DNA of 64,000 nt, from positions 928,001 through 992,000 of the forward strand of contig CAXXVS010000002.1 in assembly GCA_963674755.2 (NCBI GenBank). The letters are read 5' to 3'. The notes beneath the pieces were generated by a model, which searched no databases, was not told the origin of the DNA, and saw only the letters and a program-made list of their open reading frames with translations. This document shows positions 28,925 to 37,753 of the stretch, piece after piece. The translations under genes were made by a program, and so were the position numbers. Numbering within the stretch: the first letter of the stretch is position 1; each line of letters opens with the position of its first letter. The stretch comes from Desulfobacterales bacterium (lineage in GTDB: Bacteria > Desulfobacterota > Desulfobacteria > Desulfobacterales > UBA5852).

Positions 28925-30106
28925 ATGCGCGTGCCCAACTCCATGGAATTCGAATGCCCGGTCAAAATCCACTGTGGGGACCGGGCTCTGAACCACATCC
29001 CGTTCGAATTGCGGGCGATAGGGTCGGCCAAGCCGCTTGTGATCGGCGACGAAGCCGCCACCCGGGAGAATCGAATGGCGGCGGTGCTGAATGCTTGCCG
29101 GGATGCGGACATGACCATGGGGGTGGTGGAGGACGTACCTTTGGCAGATATGACGGATAGCCTGCTGCAGCTGGCCGCTATCTACCGTGACAAGGACTGT
29201 GATGCCATTGTCGCCGTGGGGCAGGAAACATTTATGGACCTGGCCAAAGCCCTGAATTTGCTTCTGTCCACCGGGGCGGATACCCTGGCGCCGTTGGCCG
29301 ACGGGCAGACCGTTCCCCGAACCCTCAATCCCTTGGCGGTCATTCCAGCGGCCTCCGCCGACGGGTTTGAGGCGTCGGGCTACCTGCATTTTGAGGGACA
29401 TACCCTGCGATCAGTCCATTTGATGCCGCAACTGCTCTTTCTCGATCCCCGTGCAACCGGCCGGCCTGATGACGAGGCCATGGTGGCGACCGCCCTGAAC
29501 GCGCTCACCAACGGTGTGGAGGCCTACTTCGGTGTCGATACCAATCCCATAAAGGCCATCTATGCCCGCCCCGCCACTCTGCTTGCCACAGAGGCGCTCT
29601 GTGTGCTGGCGGGGCGCGGCACCCGCGCTGCCGACCTTGCCATGACCGTCACTCATGCGGCCGCCCTGGGCGGATGTGCCTTGGGAGGTGACCGGCTCTC
29701 GACCACGCATTGCCTGGCCCAGGCCATCGCAGCCACCGGCAAGGCTTCGGAGGCCCAGGCCAAAGGCGTTCTCCTGTCCTATGTACTGGAACAGCGTGTC
29801 CTGGAAGGAGCGATGAATGTCGATGTGTTATTGAGTCTGGCTGGCGGCAACGACCGTTTTGCCCGTACGCCCGAGCACCAGCGTGGCCCGGCAGCGATTT
29901 ATTTTATACGCAGTCTGATCAACCAGCTGTTCGAAACCAGCGACGGTAAAATCGGTCGGACTCTGCAGGACATCGGTCTGACGCGTTCCGCGCTTGCTGC
30001 CATTGCCAAGAGCGCCTGCGCGGATGATACCCATGAGAATCCGGAGGTCTTTGAAACCATCCTCACCCATGCGTGGGAAGGGCGGCCCTTTGGTTGTATG
30101 ACCTGA
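28925..30106 (+). CDS. Iron-containing alcohol dehydrogenase-like protein, active-site motifs degenerate
   Basis: Full-length Fe-ADH fold, but 'VAVGQETFMDLAK' replaces GGGS and 'NALTNGVEAY' replaces DALTHAMEAY. Confidence 0.8.
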   Translation: MRVPNSMEFECPVKIHCGDRALNHIPFELRAIGSAKPLVIGDEAATRENRMAAVLNACRDADMTMGVVEDVPLADMTDSLLQLAAIYRDKDCDAIVAVGQETFMDLAKALNLLLSTGADTLAPLADGQTVPRTLNPLAVIPAASADGFEASGYLHFEGHTLRSVHLMPQLLFLDPRATGRPDDEAMVATALNALTNGVEAYFGVDTNPIKAIYARPATLLATEALCVLAGRGTRAADLAMTVTHAAALGGCALGGDRLSTTHCLAQAIAATGKASEAQAKGVLLSYVLEQRVLEGAMNVDVLLSLAGGNDRFARTPEHQRGPAAIYFIRSLINQLFETSDGKIGRTLQDIGLTRSALAAIAKSACADDTHENPEVFETILTHAWEGRPFGCMT

Positions 30107-30134
30107 TCCTCCCCATTAAGGAGCGCATTTCATC

Positions 30135-31385
30135 ATGCTGAATATCCCCGGGTATTATGAATATTGCTGCCGCGTCAATGTCGTGGCCGGACACGACGCC
30201 CTGGAAAAAATTCCTGGCATTCTTGCAGGGGTTAACGCTTCCCGTCCCATGATTGTAACGGACCCCGGGGTGGCCGGGGCCGGTCTGATCGATCTGGTGA
30301 CCAGTGCTTTGGGCAACCAGGTGCAGATTGGCGGCGTGGATGCCGAAGTCCCGCCGGATTCCTCTCTCGAGGCCGTACGGCGGATCGCGGCGGCCTATCG
30401 CCAAAACGACTGTGATGCCCTGATCGCCGTGGGAGGCGGATCGGTTCTGGACACGGCCAAGGGGGTCAACATCATGGTCTCGGAGGAGACCGGCGATCTG
30501 ATGGCCTTCAGCGGGGCCGGCGCCCTGAAGCACCGCCTCAAGCCGCTCATCGCCATTCCCACCACAGCCGGCACCGGATCGGAAACCACCCTGGTGGCGG
30601 TCATCAAAGACCATGAACGCCACCAAAAAATGCTGTTTACCAGTTATTTTCTTCTGCCGGATGCGGCCATTCTCGATTCCCGCATGACCCTCACCCTGCC
30701 GCCGGCCATCACGGCCGCCACTGCCATGGATGCCCTCACCCATGCCATGGAAGCCTATACCTGCCTGGCCAAAAACCCGTTGAGCGATGCCAGCGCCATA
30801 TCCGCCATCGAACTGATCGCGCGGCATCTCATGCCGGTCATGAAACAGCCCGACGACCGGGACGGCCGTCTGGCCCTGGCCCTGGCCGCCACCCTGGCCG
30901 GCATGGCCTTTTCCAATGCCATGGTGGGAATGGTGCACACCATCGGACATGCCATCGGGGCGGTTTGCGGTGTGCCCCACGGCACCTGTATGGCCATCCT
31001 CCTGCCCTATGGCCTGGAGTACAATCTGCACCGCAACGGTCATTTGACGTCCGAGCTGCTTCTGCCCCTCGAGGGGGCCGATGTCTATGCCCGCACACCC
31101 CAGGAGAAGCGCGCCCTGCGGGTGATCGTACGGGTCAGGGAGCTGAACCAGTCCCTCAATGACATCACCCACGGACGGCATGCCCGCTTTCTCGGCGAAA
31201 TCATCGACCGGGACGGCAACCCGGCCGTGCCCAAGGATCGTTTGCCGGACATCGTCGCGACGGCCAAAAACGATGGGTCCTTGCTTTACAATCCCGAAGA
31301 GCTGGATGACGAGGACTATCGGATGGTTCTTGAACACGCCTGGGACGGCACCCCCCTGGATCGCAACCGGGTTAAAAAGGGATAG
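30135..31385 (+). CDS. Iron-containing alcohol dehydrogenase
   Basis: 'VGGGSVLDTAK', 'PTTAGTGSE', 'MDALTHAMEAY', 'GMVHTIGH...VPHG'. Confidence 0.95.
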   Translation: MLNIPGYYEYCCRVNVVAGHDALEKIPGILAGVNASRPMIVTDPGVAGAGLIDLVTSALGNQVQIGGVDAEVPPDSSLEAVRRIAAAYRQNDCDALIAVGGGSVLDTAKGVNIMVSEETGDLMAFSGAGALKHRLKPLIAIPTTAGTGSETTLVAVIKDHERHQKMLFTSYFLLPDAAILDSRMTLTLPPAITAATAMDALTHAMEAYTCLAKNPLSDASAISAIELIARHLMPVMKQPDDRDGRLALALAATLAGMAFSNAMVGMVHTIGHAIGAVCGVPHGTCMAILLPYGLEYNLHRNGHLTSELLLPLEGADVYARTPQEKRALRVIVRVRELNQSLNDITHGRHARFLGEIIDRDGNPAVPKDRLPDIVATAKNDGSLLYNPEELDDEDYRMVLEHAWDGTPLDRNRVKKG

Positions 31386-31401
31386 ACCGCACCGCACCCG
31401 C

Positions 31402-31430
31402 TTGACCCGTTGGGACAAACCCGTTATTTT
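31402..31430 (+). promoter_or_regulatory. Sigma70-type promoter upstream of recC
   Basis: TTGACC-N17-TATTTT. Confidence 0.5.
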
Positions 31431-31571
31431 CCGCCATTAGCGCCACCTTGATGGGCTTGGCTGCCATGGCAGGACTTCCTGATGCTTGGGCAGGTGATTC
31501 GTGCTCTTTGTTCATGGCATGGCAGGTCCTGCGCTTAACCGCATCATGCTTTTGTCCAATCGGAAGAAGAC

Positions 31572-34500
31572 ATGCCTGGCTTCTCTTTAGTTACCGGCAA
31601 TCGCCTGGAGCGATTGGCCCGCGTTCTTGCCCAGCGTACCCAGGGGCGTTCAGGGGATCCCTTCACCCCGGAGACGATCGTGATCCAGAGCCGGGGCATG
31701 GAGCGCTGGCTGGCATTGGCCAGCGCCAGGCATATCGGCATCGCCGCCAACCTGCACTTTCCCTTTCCGGAGGCCTTCATCCGCACGGTGATCAAAGCGG
31801 TGCTGCCCGAGGTGCCGGAAGCGGAACCCTTCCAGCGCGATGTCATGCTCTTCGCCATTTTCGACCTGCTGCCCCGCTGCCTGGAGACAGATCCCTCCTT
31901 CGCGCCGTTGCAAGGGTACCTTCGTCAGGACGACCGGGGGGAAAAACGGCTGCAGCTGGCTCAGCGGATCGCCCATCTTTTCGACCAGTACCAAATCTTT
32001 CGACCCGATATGATTTTCGCCTGGGATGAGGATCGCCCCACCGGCGAGGGGCATCACCGCTGGCAGGCCTTTTTGTGGCGGGAACTTACCCGGCGCCTGC
32101 CCGGCATTCACCGGGCACGCCTATGGCAACGGACCATCGAAGTCTTGCGGCAGGGACGGTTCCCGGAAGGGGGCCTGCCGCCCCGTCTATCCGTCTTCGG
32201 TATTTCCTATCTGCCACCTTTTTATTTGCAGGTGTTTCTTTCCCTGTCCGCTGTCATGGAGGTGGTCTTCTATCAGCTCAATCCCTGCCGTGAATACTGG
32301 GCCGATATCGTCAGCCGGGGCGAGGAAACGCGCCTGCAGCGGCCCTGGCGGGAATCGGCCCGCTCGATACCGAAAGATGATTTTCACATGGAGGAGGGCA
32401 ACCGGCTGCTGGCCTCCATGGGGCATCAGGGCCGGGCTTTCCATCGCTTGATGGGCGATTTCGATTGCCAGGTACAAGAGGATTTCCGGGATAACCCGGG
32501 GGACTCCCTCCTGGCGCATATCCAGTCCGATATCCTCAACCTGCGTACCGGCCCCCCCGGGAGAAATGGGAACGGGCAACTTGGAAGAGATGGCTCTCTG
32601 CAAATCCATGCCTGCCACAGCCCCATGCGCGAGGTCGAAGTGCTCCATGATTACGTGCTGGACTTCTTGAACAACGATGCGGACCTGCACCCCCGGGACA
32701 TCCTGGTGCTGACACCGGATATCGACACCTATGCCCCCTATATCCAAGCTGTTTTCGGGGAGCCCGAAGACGAAACCCACCGCCTGGCTTTCAGCATTGC
32801 CGACCGCAAGCCGGTAAAGGGCCATCCGGTGGTGGAAGCCTTCACTTATCTGCTGAACATCAACCAGTCCCGTTTTCCGGCCAGCGAACTGACCGCACTG
32901 CTCGAAGCCCCGGCGGTACGTCGGGCCTTCGAACTGGCGGAAGACGACCTGCCGCTTATCGGTCAATGGATTGACGACACCCGCATTCGCTGGGGATTGG
33001 ATGGCCGTTCCAAAGCCCGTTGGGAATTACCGGCCCGGGAAGAAAACACCTGGCAGGCTGGCCTGGATCGTTTGGTCCTGGGCTATGCCTTCGCTCCTGA
33101 AAATCCGCAATTATTCAAGGGCATTCTGCCGGCCCCGCAGGCGGAAGCTTCGCATGGGGAAACCATTGGCCGCCTGGTGCGTTTTGTCGAAGCCTTGGGG
33201 GAATGGCAGATCCAAGCCGGCCGGCCCATGTCTTGGGATGGCTGGTTCGCCCGGCTTCGACAGCTTTTGGACACGTTTTTCAGCATTGGGCCGGAGAATT
33301 CCGAAGATGAAAACGACCTTCAACTGATCAGGCGACTGGTTGCCGGGATGCAACAGCAGGCCGTGGCGGCCCAGGCGGAGGAGGCTGTCGAAGTGGCGGT
33401 GGTCCGCACCTATCTTGAGCAACGCCTGGAAGAGGAACAGTCCGGCGGCGGGTTCATCTCCGGCGGAATTACCTTTGCGGCGCTCCTGCCCATGCGCAGC
33501 ATTCCCGCCAAAGTGATTTGTCTGCTGGGGATGAATCAGGATGGGTTCCCTCGCGAGGACCGTCCCCTGGGATTCGACCTCATGGCGGCAAATCCGCGTC
33601 CGGGCGACCGGTCCCGTCGCGACGACGACAAATATCTGTTTTTGGAAGCCTTGATTTCAGCCCGACAGATTTTCTATTTGAGTTATATCGGCTATGACAT
33701 TCAGGACAACGCCCGTCAGCCGCCCTCCGTCCTGATCAGCGAACTGATCGATTACATCGCCGAAGCGTATGGTCTTTCCGAATCGGATCTGATCGCCGGC
33801 CATCGCCTGCAGGGGTTTTCCGAAGCCTATTTCAACGGCGCGCATGCCGGCCTGTTCACCTACAGCCGCCAAGCCTGCGATGCGGCCCGCAGCCTGGCCC
33901 GCGCGCGCCGGACCGTCCCGGTGAAGGAACCATTTGTCAGCGGACCGCTGCCGGAATGGGATGATGGTTTCCAGACCGTGGACATCGAGACCCTTGGGCG
34001 GGCCCTGAGCCATCCCAGTCGTTTTCTGCTGGAAAAACGGATGGGGGTGAAACTCTACGACGATTCGAAGTCGGAAAACGACCGGGAAAGCTTTGCCTTG
34101 GATCCCCTGGAGCGCTTCAGCCTCGGGCAGGACGTGACCCGACAGTTGGTCATCCCGTCATCCAGCGTGAATCCCCTGGATATCGCCCGCGCCGAGGGGC
34201 GTCTCCCGCATGGCGCGCCCGGTTACATCAGCTTTGATGAGGTTTATAACGAGGCCGAAGATATTGCCGCGGCTGTGCGGCATTTTCAGCGCGATAGTCT
34301 CCCCGTCACCCACCCGGTGCAGGACCAGATCGATTCTTTTACCATAACCGGCGCTTTGACCACGATTTTTCCGGCCGGCCAACTATGTTATCGTTACGCC
34401 CATACGCGCGGCGTCGATCTGATCGACGCCTGGCTGCGTCATCTGCTCTGGTGCCGGGCAGCGACCCGTCCGGCGCAATGCGTAACCCTGGTCATCAACC

Positions 34501-34835
34501 GCGACGGTCGGCGGCGTTTTGGACCCGTGGACGGGGCCGGGGACCATCTTAGGACCATGCTGGCCCTTTACCGCCAGGCCGGGCACGGGCTGGTGCCGCT
34601 TTTCCCGAGGGCTTCCTGGCAGTATGCCACCCTGCGGTTTGAAAACGACCTTCCGCAGGAAACGGTCCTCGACCGTGTCCGATCCCGATGGCAGCAATCC
34701 TATGTCCTGCCCGGCGAGGCGGAAGATCCCTATATCCAGCAGTGCTTTGGGGAACGCGACCCCTTGGACGAAACCTTTGTCAGGATGGCGGAAACCCTTT
34801 TTGAACCCATCCTGGAACACAGCGCCCCCTTTTGA
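31572..34835 (+). CDS. recC: Exodeoxyribonuclease V gamma subunit
   Basis: 'NRLERLA', 'NPCREYWADI', 'HACHSPMREVEVLHD', 'LLPMRSIP', 'DDKYLFLEAL'. Confidence 0.96.
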   Translation: MPGFSLVTGNRLERLARVLAQRTQGRSGDPFTPETIVIQSRGMERWLALASARHIGIAANLHFPFPEAFIRTVIKAVLPEVPEAEPFQRDVMLFAIFDLLPRCLETDPSFAPLQGYLRQDDRGEKRLQLAQRIAHLFDQYQIFRPDMIFAWDEDRPTGEGHHRWQAFLWRELTRRLPGIHRARLWQRTIEVLRQGRFPEGGLPPRLSVFGISYLPPFYLQVFLSLSAVMEVVFYQLNPCREYWADIVSRGEETRLQRPWRESARSIPKDDFHMEEGNRLLASMGHQGRAFHRLMGDFDCQVQEDFRDNPGDSLLAHIQSDILNLRTGPPGRNGNGQLGRDGSLQIHACHSPMREVEVLHDYVLDFLNNDADLHPRDILVLTPDIDTYAPYIQAVFGEPEDETHRLAFSIADRKPVKGHPVVEAFTYLLNINQSRFPASELTALLEAPAVRRAFELAEDDLPLIGQWIDDTRIRWGLDGRSKARWELPAREENTWQAGLDRLVLGYAFAPENPQLFKGILPAPQAEASHGETIGRLVRFVEALGEWQIQAGRPMSWDGWFARLRQLLDTFFSIGPENSEDENDLQLIRRLVAGMQQQAVAAQAEEAVEVAVVRTYLEQRLEEEQSGGGFISGGITFAALLPMRSIPAKVICLLGMNQDGFPREDRPLGFDLMAANPRPGDRSRRDDDKYLFLEALISARQIFYLSYIGYDIQDNARQPPSVLISELIDYIAEAYGLSESDLIAGHRLQGFSEAYFNGAHAGLFTYSRQACDAARSLARARRTVPVKEPFVSGPLPEWDDGFQTVDIETLGRALSHPSRFLLEKRMGVKLYDDSKSENDRESFALDPLERFSLGQDVTRQLVIPSSSVNPLDIARAEGRLPHGAPGYISFDEVYNEAEDIAAAVRHFQRDSLPVTHPVQDQIDSFTITGALTTIFPAGQLCYRYAHTRGVDLIDAWLRHLLWCRAATRPAQCVTLVINRDGRRRFGPVDGAGDHLRTMLALYRQAGHGLVPLFPRASWQYATLRFENDLPQETVLDRVRSRWQQSYVLPGEAEDPYIQQCFGERDPLDETFVRMAETLFEPILEHSAPF

Positions 34836-34867
34836 CATCGGTCGGAAAGGGATTGCCACCAGCCACT

Positions 34868-35530
34868 ATGGAAGAAGGCCAGGATCGTGTGCGACCCCGG
34901 AACGGAGCGGGGCGGATCAGCGCCATTCGATTGGAGACGTCCGGTCGTGTGAAACGCGCGGCGGTCTATGTGGACGATCGCCTGGCGGTTTATGCCCTTC
35001 CCGGCGAGGTGCAAAATCTTGTGATCGGTGAGGTGGTTCGTGGGGAAGAATTGCGCCAACTGCAGGAGGGCTATCAAAAGGGTGCCTATCTGCAAGCCGT
35101 TCGGTTTCTGGCAAGGCGGGATCGAAGTGTCCGAGAAGTGCAGCGGCATCTCTATGCCAAGGGGTGGGATGAAGCGGCCTGTGAGCACGCGGTGAACCGA
35201 CTGCAGCAGGAGCGGTTTCTCGATGACAAGGCCTTGGCCCGAAAATGGGTCGATTATCGCGCCCGCACCGCCCCGCGCAGCCGCAGGGTGATGATGCGGG
35301 AACTGGAGCAAAAGGGTCTCGACCGCCAAATCATCGGCGACGCGGTCGCCTCCATGGATGAAGAGGCCCTATCGCTGAGCTGTGCCCAAAAGAAGGCCCG
35401 GCAGTGGCAACGTTTTGCCGGCGACGAACGCCGGCAACGGATCATGGTGTTTTTGCAGCGCAAGGGCTTTCCTTATGCCATCTGCCGGGAAACGGCACGC
35501 AGGATGATTGCAGACGGGCAGGATGATTGA
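34868..35530 (+). CDS. recX: Regulatory protein RecX (start uncertain)
   Basis: 'AVRFLARRDRSVREV', 'FLDDKALA', 'ELEQKGL', 'FLQRKGF'. Confidence 0.9.
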   Translation: MEEGQDRVRPRNGAGRISAIRLETSGRVKRAAVYVDDRLAVYALPGEVQNLVIGEVVRGEELRQLQEGYQKGAYLQAVRFLARRDRSVREVQRHLYAKGWDEAACEHAVNRLQQERFLDDKALARKWVDYRARTAPRSRRVMMRELEQKGLDRQIIGDAVASMDEEALSLSCAQKKARQWQRFAGDERRQRIMVFLQRKGFPYAICRETARRMIADGQDD

Positions 35531-35561
35531 CTTTTAACCCGCATACCATTATTAGACCTCC

Positions 35562-35641
35562 ACACGGTGCTGGACGGAGCTTCGGGTGACCAGCCCATGA
35601 GAGGAGGGCAGGGTTGGCAACCGTCGACGGCCGGCAAGGAG
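35562..35641 (+). ncRNA. Candidate cis-regulatory RNA (K-turn-containing leader)
   Basis: Nested stems ACGGT/ACCGT and GCTGG/CCAGC with K-turn consensus GG-ACG-GA...GA-CC, directly before the RBS of the VUT transporter. Confidence 0.5.
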
Positions 35642-35652
35642 ATGATTTAGCT

Positions 35653-36171
35653 ATGGTTCCATCAATGCTATTGTATATTGTAGCGGTGCTGGCCGCCAAC
35701 TATACGGCTACTTGGTTCATGCCGTTGCCGCTTTTCGGACTGGTGTCTGTCGGCACCCTGGTTTTCGGCGTGACCTTTACCCAACGCGACCGGGTACACC
35801 GTTTCGGTCGCAAGGCGGTCTATGCCATGATTTTCGTGGCGGCGGTGGGGATGGTGCTCGAATCCCTTTTCCTTGGTGTCGAGTGGCGCATTATTCTGGC
35901 CTCGTTTCTGGCCATCGTGCTCAGCGAGGCCGCCGATACGGAAATCTATCACCGGCTGCTCCATCGCAGCTGGTTGCAGCGGGTGGCCGGATCCAACATC
36001 GTGAGCATCCCGCTGGACAGCCTGCTTTTCAACCTGATTGCCTTTTGGGGTGTTTTCGAGCCGACCATGCTGACGGCCATCATCTTCGGCGAAATTGTGA
36101 CCAAATTCTCCACCGGTGCGTTGGCCGCCCTGTGGCGGGCGCCGCGCAAGATCGAAAACGTACCGGCCTGA
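35653..36171 (+). CDS. VUT family (YhhQ-like) queuosine-precursor transporter
   Basis: 'LAANY', 'GTLVFGVTFTQRD', 'RIILASF', 'SEAADTEIY', 'SNIVSIPLDSLLFN'. Confidence 0.88.
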   Translation: MVPSMLLYIVAVLAANYTATWFMPLPLFGLVSVGTLVFGVTFTQRDRVHRFGRKAVYAMIFVAAVGMVLESLFLGVEWRIILASFLAIVLSEAADTEIYHRLLHRSWLQRVAGSNIVSIPLDSLLFNLIAFWGVFEPTMLTAIIFGEIVTKFSTGALAALWRAPRKIENVPA

Positions 36172-36187
36172 TCGACAGGAGGATGCC

Positions 36188-36553
36188 ATGGGCCAAGTCG
36201 CGCAACCAGTTCACCGAAAGGTTGAAAGACGGGTCGCCCCCCGGTTCGGGGTTGAATGCTGGGCGGAAGAATGCTTCGATGCCGGGGTGTATTTCCACCG
36301 TGTGACCAATCTTAGCCGGGACGGTTTTTTTGTCGAAAAAAAACTGCCTTTCCGGGTGGGGCAAACCATCCGTATGCGGCTCGATCTGCCGGGTTTCGCC
36401 GACAAACCGGAAGCCCGATCGCGGGTGGTCAACAACTATCGCGACAAGCAGGACCAGTTGTGTGGTGCCGGATTCCAATTTTTGGATCTGGATGGGCAAT
36501 CCCGCAAGGTTATTGAAGCCTTTATCCAGCGCATGACGTTACGGAACAAATGA
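36188..36553 (+). CDS. PilZ-domain protein
   Basis: RxxxR 'ERRVAPR' and NxSxxG 'NLSRDG'; AGGAGG RBS. Confidence 0.9.
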   Translation: MGQVAQPVHRKVERRVAPRFGVECWAEECFDAGVYFHRVTNLSRDGFFVEKKLPFRVGQTIRMRLDLPGFADKPEARSRVVNNYRDKQDQLCGAGFQFLDLDGQSRKVIEAFIQRMTLRNK

Positions 36554-36618
36554 GGCCGATCAAAAACCGTCCCTGCGCCACAAAAGCTGTTATGCCCGGA
36601 TCGTCATAAGGAGCGGCC

Positions 36619-36957
36619 ATGACACTGACCAAATACCTCCAAAAAGCGGGCCGGTTTGAAATTCAGCCCTATCGCCGGAAGGTGGATCAACGCCGGCTAT
36701 CCGAATCCCACATTGCCTACTCCGGGTCGCCGTTCAAACACCCCGACAACCCGGACAAGGTGATTCTGCTCGCCGATCCCTTCAGCCAGAATACCTTTTA
36801 CTACGAGTTCAACAAAGAGGATATCACCCTTGCCGAAGACCTGCCCAGCATTGTCAACCTGGATGAAGAAACCCTGACGATGGTGCGCCTGTGGGTGAAG
36901 AAGGGGGTCCTGGCCGTGCGCTGCACACCCTTCCGGGTCGCCAACACCCTGGACTGA
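36619..36957 (+). CDS. Hypothetical protein
   Basis: 112 aa, AAGGAG RBS; no motif I can assign. Confidence 0.7.
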   Translation: MTLTKYLQKAGRFEIQPYRRKVDQRRLSESHIAYSGSPFKHPDNPDKVILLADPFSQNTFYYEFNKEDITLAEDLPSIVNLDEETLTMVRLWVKKGVLAVRCTPFRVANTLD

Positions 36958-36992
36958 TCCAATGACGAAACCGTCATCGTTGGGTGTTGGCG

Positions 36993-37427
36993 CTAAAAGG
37001 CACCCAGCTGGCAAGGCCGCACCTTGATCGCCAGGGCTTCGCACACATTGGCCACTGCCAGGCGGGAAAGCTGCCAGCGATCGGCAATGGCCCAGGCGTC
37101 GCTACAGGGCAGGCGGCCGTCCCTGAGGGCGGCGCGAATCTCCTTTTCCAGTCCGGCATCCCATTGGTCGGCTTTCTTGACGATCCGCTTTTCCGGCTGA
37201 TAGCCGAATAACCCCAGCTGACAGCGCGACAGGCGTACCTCCATCAAATCCAGCGCCTGGCCAATATCCGCCGGGTCGCATGCCAGCCGTTTGGCTACCC
37301 CATGAGCAGCAGCGCAACTGATAAGCCCCCCCTTGATTTTCTCCCCCAACGCCGCGGCCAGACACTCTTCCAAGACGGCAGACGGGGGATGCTTGCTGGC
37401 ATAACCTTCACGATGGGATTCTGACAT
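36993..37427 (-). CDS. Hypothetical protein with two tandem C...CQLGxF repeats
   Basis: ATG 37427 with AAGGAGG RBS; internal duplication visible. Confidence 0.85.
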   Translation of the reverse strand: MSESHREGYASKHPPSAVLEECLAAALGEKIKGGLISCAAAHGVAKRLACDPADIGQALDLMEVRLSRCQLGLFGYQPEKRIVKKADQWDAGLEKEIRAALRDGRLPCSDAWAIADRWQLSRLAVANVCEALAIKVRPCQLGAF

Positions 37428-37636
37428 TCGGTCCTCCTTTGGCCTGGGGGGCGGCAGCCCCCGGGATGCGTTGCTCTTCAATCAATTACCGGTTCACGCC
37501 TCTTGCCGGAGACCGGAGCCCACCGGCCGCCCTGAAAACCGGGCCGTTACCTTATGCCAAAAAGCACGATGCGATCAAGCATAGATCGGCATCAACTGTC
37601 CACTACAGGAAATCCGTTCACAGCCATCATCGGAAA

Positions 37637-37665
37637 TTGACACTACCGGACAGGATTGATAGGGT
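37637..37665 (+). promoter_or_regulatory. Sigma70-type promoter of paaK
   Basis: TTGACA-N17-TAGGGT with extended -10 TG. Confidence 0.6.
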
Positions 37666-37753
37666 GGCCGGACGTTTCAGACTGCCTGCCGGGATAGCGC
37701 TCCGGCAGACAGTCTGGCGTCTTTTCCGTCGAACACCCCAGAGGAGAATTGGG

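Noticed and set aside
31437..31571. recC leader with a short catggcagg direct repeat
   Set aside because: Only two 9-nt copies and no coherent structure
37439..37753. N-terminal extension of the paaK ORF
   Set aside because: Region holds the promoter and hairpin; the RBS supports ATG 37754
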